A stretch of DNA of 64,000 nt from assembly GCA_964450865.1 (NCBI GenBank), contig CAYVHB010000014.1:2676-66675 (forward strand), read 5' to 3'. Source of the stretch: an uncultured Oscillospiraceae bacterium. GTDB taxonomy: Bacteria > Bacillota > Clostridia > Saccharofermentanales > UBA5734. The notes under the pieces were generated by a model. It did no database searches, was not told the origin of the DNA, and was given only the letters and a program-made list of their open reading frames with translations. The stretch's first letter is position 1, and every line of letters starts with the position of its first letter. Positions 1 to 7,652 of this stretch are shown here, in pieces. The position numbers were made by a program, and so were the translations under genes.

Positions 1-798
1 GCGATCCCTGACAGTGTAACGACGATCGGAAGTGATTCATTCTTGGGTTGCCACGGTCTGAAGTCCGTGGTCATTCCAAATGGCGTGACGACGATCATGG
101 AAGGTACATTTTGGGGTTGCCACGGTCTGGAGTCCGTGGTGATCCCGGCCAGCGTGGCAACGATCGGTACCCGTGCATTCTGCAACTGCTGCAACTTGAA
201 GCGCGTGGTGCTCCCGAACGGATTGTTGAAGATTGAATACCAGGTGTTCAAGGATTGCTATAGCCTGACAAACTTGGTAATCCCGGTTCGTGTAACGAAG
301 ATTGCAAATGATGCCTTCTCAAACTGCCACAGCCTGACGCACATGGAGATCCCAGCTAGTGTGACGACGATTGAACCGCTTGGGTTCAGAGGATGCAGCG
401 GCCTAATGAGTATTACTGTGGAGCAAGATAATTCACATTATTCAAGTATTCAGGGCGTTCTTTACAACAAGCATCAAACAACCTTGATATTATGCCCACC
501 CGGCGTCACCTTGATCGAAATTCCGGACAGCGTGACCACGATCGGGTATGGTGCATTCATCGACTGTATAAACTTACTGAGTGTAAAATTCCCGAATAGC
601 GTGACGATAATCGAACGATATGCGTTCCATAACTGCACGAGCTTAACGAACGTGGTAATCTCAGCCAACATAACAACAATCGAAAGTTGTGCCTTCTCGG
701 GCTGCAGACACCTGACGGATGTCAAAGCCCCTGTTCAGTTTTATGATCGATTCAGTGATACACCTTGGTTTATGACTCGTCGTACCAATAATCCATAA
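1..798 (+). CDS. BspA-type leucine-rich repeat (LRR_5) protein, 5'-truncated by the window edge
   Basis: Frame is open from base 1 (AIPDSVTTIGSDSF...). Repeated ~23-aa units LxSVxIPxSVTTIxxxAFxxC. Stop TAA 796-798. Confidence 0.9.
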   Translation, partial: AIPDSVTTIGSDSFLGCHGLKSVVIPNGVTTIMEGTFWGCHGLESVVIPASVATIGTRAFCNCCNLKRVVLPNGLLKIEYQVFKDCYSLTNLVIPVRVTKIANDAFSNCHSLTHMEIPASVTTIEPLGFRGCSGLMSITVEQDNSHYSSIQGVLYNKHQTTLILCPPGVTLIEIPDSVTTIGYGAFIDCINLLSVKFPNSVTIIERYAFHNCTSLTNVVISANITTIESCAFSGCRHLTDVKAPVQFYDRFSDTPWFMTRRTNNP

Positions 799-851
799 CC
801 CATAACCCATAACCCATAACCATAACCCATAACCGATAACCGATAACCCAT
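793..851. repeat. 7-bp tandem repeat (CCATAAC / CGATAAC), about 8 units, overlapping the LRR stop codon
   Basis: ccataac x4, cataac, ccataac, cgataac x2, ccat read directly. Confidence 0.95.
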
Positions 852-978
852 GTCGTGTGCCTGACCTTGGACTGCTGCTTTCCCATTTATCGTGTGCGTC
901 ATGGCGGCGATTGCGGCGGATATGCTGCTTTATTTGGCGTTATAATGAAGAATAGCACTATGGCAGGAGGGACTGACT

Positions 979-2112
979 TTGAATATTCAATGTACGCAGA
1001 AATTGCTGGATAAACTGAAGTGCCCGGCCACCTCACCGACTGCCCAGAATGATTTTTTTGACTGGCATGCCAGCATTCTTCTGGTTGACCGCCGCAACAC
1101 GGTTCTGTTGACCAACAATCTGTGCCATTATTCGCTGGTCCTTTATGGCTTGAAATCTGCCGACTTCAAGAAGCTGGCCAGCCTTTTCCAGCAGGCCCTG
1201 ACCGAAGTCCTGCTCGCTGAGGCCGTGGACCAGGAGACCATTGAGAAATATTTCCAGGCGGCTGGCTCGATCCAGTTTACCCGGACCAGCAATCGGTCCA
1301 TCCTGTCCCAAATGACCCAGACTGGTACGGAGCTGCGCTACGCCGCAGAAGATTTGGATCAGAACCAGATTGTGCAAACTGATTTCAGCCTGATGCGGGG
1401 ATCTCTCCTGCACAGCGTTGGCCGGCAATTCATTTGCCCGCGTGAGCAGCTGCTGTCCGCCCTGTCACGATTCAAGCAGGACGGCCAAACTGTCTTTACA
1501 TCAGAGGCGCTGGATGCAGGCATAACCAGGCCCACCGGGGAACGGGCCTTCATTCTGTCGGTGCAGCTTCCTTGTGGTGACCGCCTGATCTGGCGTAAAC
1601 TGGCTGTGCCGGCACGATGCACGTTTGGCCAATTCCATCGCATGATTCAGGTCAGTTTCAACTGGCAGAACCGGCATCTTTATCAATTTCAGGTTGTATC
1701 TGACGACGGCGAAACCGTGGCTGAGTCGAAAAGCTATGATCGGGACGAATTTGACGATTACGGGCAGTCATTCATGGACTATTTCTCGGAGCGGAAACGG
1801 TTGGCGGCGTTTTTGTCCCAATACAGAAACCTCCGCTACCTCTATGATTTCGGTGATGATTGGCTGCATCTCATTAAGCTGGATGAGACAGTTGATTCTT
1901 TTGCCGGACCGCTGCCGTGCTGCCTCGACGGTGAGGGGACGGCGCCGCCCGAAGATGTGGGCGGCGAAGACGGATACCTCGCGTTTCTCTCGATCGTTGA
2001 AAATGACGCGGATACCGAAGAAAAGCGCGAGCTGCTGGCGTGGGCCGAAAGCGTGAGATGGCAGGCCTTTGGTCTGCAGCGGATCAACGAGCGTTTGCAG
2101 TGGCTTTCGTAA
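979..2112 (+). CDS. Two-domain protein: N-terminal DUF6933-like domain plus C-terminal plasmid pRiA4b ORF-3-like domain
   Basis: N-term MNIQCTQKLLDKL...W(H)A. C-term IWRKLAVP...FHRMIQVSFNWQNRHLYQF...YLYDFGDDWLHLI...GEGTAPPEDVGG. RBS GGAGG upstream. Confidence 0.75.
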   Translation: MNIQCTQKLLDKLKCPATSPTAQNDFFDWHASILLVDRRNTVLLTNNLCHYSLVLYGLKSADFKKLASLFQQALTEVLLAEAVDQETIEKYFQAAGSIQFTRTSNRSILSQMTQTGTELRYAAEDLDQNQIVQTDFSLMRGSLLHSVGRQFICPREQLLSALSRFKQDGQTVFTSEALDAGITRPTGERAFILSVQLPCGDRLIWRKLAVPARCTFGQFHRMIQVSFNWQNRHLYQFQVVSDDGETVAESKSYDRDEFDDYGQSFMDYFSERKRLAAFLSQYRNLRYLYDFGDDWLHLIKLDETVDSFAGPLPCCLDGEGTAPPEDVGGEDGYLAFLSIVENDADTEEKRELLAWAESVRWQAFGLQRINERLQWLS

Positions 2113-2120
2113 TAGGGCGA

Positions 2121-2756
2121 TCAGGCCTCGGCCAGGACAATCAATCCGACGTAAGATACCGTGTCCGGGCCGTTGTTGTATTTCAGGCCGCAGGCGGTCA
2201 GCATCGGCGTGACAAAAATACCGTAGGCTTCTACTGACGGGATGGCTTCTTCCGGATGGCGGCAAGGCTCATGGGGGTAGGTGCATTGCGGGCACAGGTC
2301 ACAGCAGCCGGCATCGAGAGCCAGCAGCTTGCGACCGGGGAAACGGGCCCGGACCGCGGCATAAATCTGGCGAAATATCGCAAAATGGCGCTCGCGGGCG
2401 GCCATCATACCCGGATAATCGAAGGAATCCTCCAGCTGGTCGATGGTCTGGACGACCAGGGCATACGGCAAGGCCTGGACGTTGGCCATCAGGTCTTCGA
2501 CTTCGCCGATGGCCGGTGGACCGACCCAGCTGGTTGCGAAGCGGCCGCAGGCATTCTGGGCACAGCTGCTGCGCAAGTCCGCCGAATAAGGGATATCCCT
2601 GGTCAGGATCATGGCCGCCCGGTCGGCGCCGCTGGCCAGGGCCAGGTCGAGCAGGATCTCTGCCTGCTCAGCCGGGATGGCGGGGGCTTTTGCTTGCCCT
2701 TCTGGGATCGCTGTTCCCTGGGCGGGATTGCTATTTAAAGCTGTCATTGATTGCAC
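2121..2756 (-). CDS. DUF2284 family predicted metal-binding protein
   Basis: Cys pattern CAQNACG...GCCDLCPQC...CRHP...SVEAYGI. Exact start uncertain. Confidence 0.8.
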   Translation of the reverse strand: MQSMTALNSNPAQGTAIPEGQAKAPAIPAEQAEILLDLALASGADRAAMILTRDIPYSADLRSSCAQNACGRFATSWVGPPAIGEVEDLMANVQALPYALVVQTIDQLEDSFDYPGMMAARERHFAIFRQIYAAVRARFPGRKLLALDAGCCDLCPQCTYPHEPCRHPEEAIPSVEAYGIFVTPMLTACGLKYNNGPDTVSYVGLIVLAEA

Positions 2757-2986
2757 GCTTCCTTTCAGCCAGCTACCTTGATTACGCGGGTTTCGTTAAC
2801 TTGCTTCTGACGGTTACTTCAATATGATAGCATGATCCCGGAATATAAGACACGGCAAGATGATTGCTGTAAAATTCAGGATTGTAGAGGGGTCGGGTAA
2901 ATTTGTCAAGAACCTCGGGCGAATATGATCGGCGGGTTCAATTGAAATCTTTATTTCCCCAGGGCTATTGGTTCATCTACTAGATA

Positions 2987-3045
2987 CTACCATACTACCT
3001 ACTCATCTACCAATTAAGTTGGCAGATGAGTAGGTAGTATGGTAG
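2987..3045. repeat. 27-bp near-perfect inverted repeat (26/27 paired, 5-nt loop) upstream of the AlbA_2 gene
   Basis: CTACCATACTACCTACTCATCTACCAA-ttaag-TTGGCAGATGAGTAGGTAGTATGGTAG. Confidence 0.9.
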
Positions 3046-3106
3046 AATTGGTAGTATTAGCATGAAACGTAACCGGGTAACCGGGTGAATATGAGTGGTG
3101 ATAAAC

Positions 3107-4459
3107 ATGTTCGAAACAAATAGACTGGAATGGAAAAGGGAATTTACTGAAGATATTAAAAAAGAACTGGTTGCTTTTGCCAATACACAGGGCGGTGAGC
3201 TCATTATCGGTTTAGCTGACGATGGCACAGTAATCGGCGTGACGAATCCAGATCAGGTATCAGCCCAGGTGACCAATATGATCCGTGATACAATCAGTCC
3301 GGATATTACGCTCCTTTCGGAAGTTGCAATTGAATATCGTGAAAACAAACCGCTCGTTCACATAACAGTTAATCGCGGTAGTAAGCGCCCCTACTTTATT
3401 GCTAAAAAGGGTATGACATCCTTGGGGGTTTACGTTCGGCAAGGCAATACGTCGGCACCGGCATCTGTCGATGCCATTCGCGAAATGATCCGTGAAACAG
3501 ATGGCTATAGCTATGAAAGTAATCTGTCGTTTGAGCAAAACCTGACCTTTGAGTATTGCCGGAAAGTTTTTGCCGATAAAGGCATTCGCTTCGGCCAGAA
3601 TCAGATGCAGACCATGAAATTGCTCACGCCAGATGGTATCTATACCAATTTGGGTCTACTTTTGTCGGATCAGTGCTTTCATAGCATCCAATTGGCCTGT
3701 TTCCAGGGAGCTGAAATTGGCACGTTCACGGATCGGCAACGATTCTCCGGTTCCATTTTAAAACAGCTGGACGAGGCTTTCGCCGTTATGAATCACTACA
3801 ATCGAACCCGTTCAGAGATTCATGGACTGCACCGCGTCGACAGCCGGGATTATCCGGAGACCGTCCTGCGGGAAGCGCTGATTAACGCCATTGTCCATCG
3901 GGATTATGACCGGGATGTCAGCACCAATATCCGGATCTTTGCAGATCGCATCGAAATTGCATCGTTCGGCGGCTTGCCGCCGAATACGACAATCGAGACA
4001 TTTCTGCTAGGTTTATCCATTCCGCGAAACAGAAATCTGGCAGATATCTTCTATCGGCTGCAACTGATCGAGGCATTTGGTTCTGGAATTCCCAAAATGA
4101 TCAATCTGTATCGCGAGGGCGGGCAGGAGATCCAGTTCAAGACATCACCCTCCGGTTTCTTGATCATATTGCCCAATCTCAATTACAGCAAAGAACTGCT
4201 ACCGGCTGGTTTGGATCAGACAACGTCCCGGACAGAAACATTGAGTATGAGAGAACAACGGATTAAGCTGGCCCTTGATTTAATCCAGCAAAGGGGTCTG
4301 GTCTCCCGGTCAGATCTGGAAACCGTCTGGAATCTCAGCCGCAGCTCAGCCACAATGTGGATTGAGAATCTGGTTCAAGCAGGTATTTTGGTCCGACAGG
4401 GCAGCGGCCGGAACACGCGTTATGGAAAGGGTGAATTGGCAACCCCAAGGGGATTATAG
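3107..4459 (+). CDS. Schlafen/AlbA_2 domain + HATPase_c_4 (RecG-C-like) + C-terminal winged-HTH protein
   Basis: ETNRLEWKR...ELVAFANTQGG.LIIG (AlbA_2). LREALINAIVHRDY...IEIASFGGLP...RNRNLADIF..L.LIEAFGSGIPKM. C-term HTH LVRQGSGRNTRY. Alternative start GTG 3095. Confidence 0.85.
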   Translation: MFETNRLEWKREFTEDIKKELVAFANTQGGELIIGLADDGTVIGVTNPDQVSAQVTNMIRDTISPDITLLSEVAIEYRENKPLVHITVNRGSKRPYFIAKKGMTSLGVYVRQGNTSAPASVDAIREMIRETDGYSYESNLSFEQNLTFEYCRKVFADKGIRFGQNQMQTMKLLTPDGIYTNLGLLLSDQCFHSIQLACFQGAEIGTFTDRQRFSGSILKQLDEAFAVMNHYNRTRSEIHGLHRVDSRDYPETVLREALINAIVHRDYDRDVSTNIRIFADRIEIASFGGLPPNTTIETFLLGLSIPRNRNLADIFYRLQLIEAFGSGIPKMINLYREGGQEIQFKTSPSGFLIILPNLNYSKELLPAGLDQTTSRTETLSMREQRIKLALDLIQQRGLVSRSDLETVWNLSRSSATMWIENLVQAGILVRQGSGRNTRYGKGELATPRGL

Positions 4460-4601
4460 TCCTCATAAGTTGCAGCACAAAGCCCGATCTTGCCTGGTTT
4501 GGCACCGGTGTGCCGGCGGCTGTGTTATACTTAAGCGAGGAAACCTAGCGTTGTCAAATAGTTTGCGAAAAAGTTGAAAACAATGACGGAGGCTTTGCAC
4601 C

Positions 4602-5069
4602 ATGATTGATGATGAAAAAATCAATGATAATCCTGCTGCAGATAACGAAGCCGAACAGCCAGGGACATCGGGCGATCAATCCGGCCAATCCGGCCAATCC
4701 GGCCAGGCCGGACAAGCCGGCCAGGCCGGACCAGACAGCGGCAAAAAGTCGTACAATCAGTTCCCGCCGGCCGAGGACATCATCGAGGCGATCAAGGAGA
4801 TCTGGCGCCGCGGCAATGCCAGCCGGCTGGAAATTGAAAAGGATGGACACACAGTCCTGAGCCTGTCCCTGACGGTGGGGACCATTGGCCTGATCATCGC
4901 GCCGGTCGCGTCCCTGATTGGCATCGGGGCTGCCCTGATCACCGACTATACGATCAAGATCACCCTCGATAATGGCGACGTCATCGACGTCAATGAATTC
5001 GCTATCCATCGCAGCAAGTCCACTAAAAGCAAAGACGCCAAGGATGTGACACCGGATGATCAACCATAA
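4602..5069 (+). CDS. DUF4342 domain protein with Q(S/A)G low-complexity N-terminus
   Basis: IKEIWRRGNASRLEI....VLSLSLTVGTIG...AALITDYTIKI. Six 9-bp repeats at 4677-4730 encode QSG/QAG. Confidence 0.75.
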   Translation: MIDDEKINDNPAADNEAEQPGTSGDQSGQSGQSGQAGQAGQAGPDSGKKSYNQFPPAEDIIEAIKEIWRRGNASRLEIEKDGHTVLSLSLTVGTIGLIIAPVASLIGIGAALITDYTIKITLDNGDVIDVNEFAIHRSKSTKSKDAKDVTPDDQP

Positions 5070-5176
5070 AACGGCGCCCACCACCTGAAATTCTTGACGC
5101 AGCAACTGGTGACAGCCTAGCTCTACCACGACGACCCGGATTGCGTTCCGACATGAACCGTCGCCGCGGCCTGAGC

Positions 5177-5215
5177 AATGACCCGGGCTGCCGCATCGGC
5201 AACCGGGTCATTTTT
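5177..5215 (+). terminator. Rho-independent terminator
   Basis: AATGACCCG...CGGGTCATT stem followed by T-run. Confidence 0.65.
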
Positions 5216-5227
5216 GCCCGTTTTCAT

Positions 5228-5298
5228 ATGAATATATGCTCATTCGTTATTGACAAGGTTTGAAAGAAGTTCTATTCTATAAATGAATGATTGCTCAT
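5228..5298 (+). promoter_or_regulatory. Sigma-70-type promoter with two ArsR/SmtB-type operator boxes
   Basis: TTGACA 5250-5255, 17-bp spacer, TATTCT 5273-5278. ATGA-N8-TCAT inverted repeats at 5228-5243 and 5283-5298. RBS GGAGGA at 5311. Confidence 0.75.
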
Positions 5299-5324
5299 AT
5301 ATTCAGTAATGGAGGAATTGAACG

Positions 5325-5693
5325 ATGTTCGATGATAAGACACCGCTAGAGCGCTGCAGCTGTGAGGTCATTCATCAGGATACAGTTGATCGGGTCAGAG
5401 AAAATATGCCGGCTGAGGAGACCTTGTATGATCTGGCCGAGCTGTTCAAGGTTTTTGGCGATTCGACGCGGATCAAGATCCTGTGGGCCCTCGATACGGC
5501 GGAAATGTGCGTCTGCGATATCGCCTTCCTGCTGAATATGACTCAGTCTGCCATCTCCCATCAGTTGCGCATCCTCAAGCAGGCTCACCTGGTTAAGTTC
5601 CGCAAAGATGGCAAGATCGTTTATTATTCGCTGGACGATGAACATGTGCGGCAGATCCTTGATCAGGGGATCATCCACCTGACGGAGAAGTGA
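5325..5693 (+). CDS. cadC: ArsR/SmtB family metal-responsive repressor (CadC-like)
   Basis: ELFKVFGDSTRIKIL...MCVCDIA..LNMTQSAISHQLRILK...RKDGKIVYYSL. N-terminal C-x-C-(E)VIH. Upstream of a P1B ATPase. Confidence 0.85.
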   Translation: MFDDKTPLERCSCEVIHQDTVDRVRENMPAEETLYDLAELFKVFGDSTRIKILWALDTAEMCVCDIAFLLNMTQSAISHQLRILKQAHLVKFRKDGKIVYYSLDDEHVRQILDQGIIHLTEK

Positions 5694-5992
5694 CAGGAAA
5701 TCGTCAGGACATACCAGCTGAAGACCGGGATCATCCACCCGATCGAGAAGTGACAGACAGGGGGCGGGGCTGCGAGTCCTGTCTGAACAGGGGAACAAGA
5801 AACGTTGAGCGGGTCGTTTACCTGGCTGGACAATATTTGATTTTAACGTGTTCTCGTGAGGCAAGAAGTCCCCCACCTCAAATCGCCGCAGCGATTAGGT
5901 GGGGGATGAATTCCCTCTCTTTTTATCGATTATTGCCTGCATAGTCTTGTCATGGTATAGTCAGTAGTAAGACTGTAAAGGTAAAAAATACA

Positions 5993-6394
5993 ATGGAATT
6001 AGATAATAATAACCATTCAGTGTTCTTAATGTATTATCATCTCGTTTTAGTTATAAAGTATCGCCGCAAGGCTATCGATGATAAAATTTCTACTCGGCTA
6101 AAAGAGATTTTTGAAAACATTGCACCCAATTACAACATAGAACTTCAAAAGTGGAATCACGACAGAGACCATGTTCATATTCTATTCAAGGCACAACCAA
6201 ACAGTGAGTTATCCAAATTCATCAACGCCTATAAGAGTGCGTCTTCTCGCTTAATCAAGAAGGAATATCCTGTGATTAGAAAAGCATTGTGGAAAGAATA
6301 TTTCTGGTCGAGAAGCTTCTGTTTGCTAACAACAGGCGGTGCGCCGATTTCAGTAATCAAACGCTATATTGAAAGCCAAGGTGAACAACTATGA
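5993..6394 (+). CDS. tnpA: IS200/IS605 Y1 (HUH) transposase TnpA
   Basis: YHLVLVIKYRR...DHVHILF (HUH)...FWSRSFCLLTTGG...IKRYIESQG (catalytic Y). Confidence 0.95.
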   Translation: MELDNNNHSVFLMYYHLVLVIKYRRKAIDDKISTRLKEIFENIAPNYNIELQKWNHDRDHVHILFKAQPNSELSKFINAYKSASSRLIKKEYPVIRKALWKEYFWSRSFCLLTTGGAPISVIKRYIESQGEQL

Positions 6395-7518
6395 ATAAGG
6401 CTTACAAATATCGCATTTACCCCAATCCTGAGCAAGAAATACTTATCAATAGAACATTTGGTTGTGTACGTTTTGTCTACAATCGAATGCTTGCCAATCG
6501 CAAGGAAGTTTATGAACAAATCAAAGATGATAAGGATTTTCTAAAACAGCAAAAATATATGCTTCCTGCTGATTTCAAGAAGGAATTTACCTGGCTGAAA
6601 GAAGTGGACAGTTTGGCACTGTCCAATGCTCAACTCAATTTGCAAACAGCTTACAAGAAATTTTTTCGCGACAAATCGGTCGGGTTCCCAAAATTCAAAA
6701 GTAAGCATCGCGATAAGAAGTCATATACCACCAACAATCAAGGTGGTACGATTCGACTCATCGACGATAAAACTATCCGATTACCGAAACTGAAAGATGT
6801 GCGTATTAAGTTGCATCGTCAACTGCCAAAAAACGCAATCGTCAAGTCAGCGACAATCAGCAAAACACCTACTGGTAAGTATCAAATCTCCATTCTCGTT
6901 GAGTACGAAGCCGAGATTAAGTCTGTAGCCTCGACAGCGGAGACAGTTTTGGGGCTGGATTATTCGTCTAAGACATTGTTTGTCGATAGCCAAGCAAACA
7001 GTGCGAACTACCCAAGATTCTACCGGCAAGCCGAAGCCAGACTGAAAAAAGCGCAACGCAAACTATCCAAACGCCAGAAGGGCGGCAAAAACCGTGATAA
7101 ACAACGCCTTAAGGTTGCCAAACTCCATGAAAAAATCGCCAATCAGCGCAAAGACTTCTTGCACAAGCTGTCAAGGCAGATAGCCAACGCCTATTCAGCA
7201 GTCGCAATCGAAGACCTGAATATGCGCGGAATAGCTCGAAGTCTGAATCTGGCAAAATCCACTAATGACAATGGTTTCGGGATGCTCAAAACCTTTTTAG
7301 CGTACAAACTTGCTGAACAGGGTAAACCGCTTATCACAATCGATAAGTGGTTCCCTTCGAGTAAAATGTGTCGTCATTGCGCAAGCATCAATGCCGAATT
7401 GATTCTTAGCGACAGAGTCTGGACTTGTGAACACTGTGGTGCAGAATTAGACCGTGATTTGAACGCCGCAATCAATATCAAGAATGAGGGTTGTCGAATC
7501 TTAGGATTGGCATTCTAA
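6391..7518 (+). CDS. tnpB: TnpB RNA-guided endonuclease (RuvC + Zn ribbon)
   Basis: KAYKYRIYP, FGCVRFVYN, RuvC-I LGLDY, RuvC-II AIEDLN, CRHC...CEHC, RuvC-III DRDLNAAINI. Confidence 0.95.
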   Translation: MNKAYKYRIYPNPEQEILINRTFGCVRFVYNRMLANRKEVYEQIKDDKDFLKQQKYMLPADFKKEFTWLKEVDSLALSNAQLNLQTAYKKFFRDKSVGFPKFKSKHRDKKSYTTNNQGGTIRLIDDKTIRLPKLKDVRIKLHRQLPKNAIVKSATISKTPTGKYQISILVEYEAEIKSVASTAETVLGLDYSSKTLFVDSQANSANYPRFYRQAEARLKKAQRKLSKRQKGGKNRDKQRLKVAKLHEKIANQRKDFLHKLSRQIANAYSAVAIEDLNMRGIARSLNLAKSTNDNGFGMLKTFLAYKLAEQGKPLITIDKWFPSSKMCRHCASINAELILSDRVWTCEHCGAELDRDLNAAINIKNEGCRILGLAF

Positions 7519-7652
7519 TCTGGAATAAGAACCGTTGGGCGAACGGGGATAGCTTGGTAATTATATTGGCATTAGCTGGTACGTCCCAAGAAGCCCCTAC
7601 CTCTAAGCGTTAGCGTAGGTGGTGGGAGTATGTCACAGGAAGGGAATGATTA
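7519..7652 (+). ncRNA. Putative TnpB reRNA/omegaRNA 3' portion (right end plus flanking guide); 5' end probably lies inside tnpB
   Basis: Structured right-end sequence AACCGTTGGGCGAACGGGGATAGCTTGG...GAAGCCCC...TCAC. Inferred from the known biology of IS605 TnpB. Confidence 0.55.

Larger units (their letters stand above)
5862..7636 (+). mobile_element. IS200/IS605 family element (tnpA + tnpB); left boundary approximate
   Basis: Left hairpin TCCCCCACCT/AGGTGGGGGA 5869-5906 and right hairpin 7594-7626, both preceded by CAAGAAG. Right end TCAC 7633-7636. Lower GC than the flanks. Confidence 0.9.
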
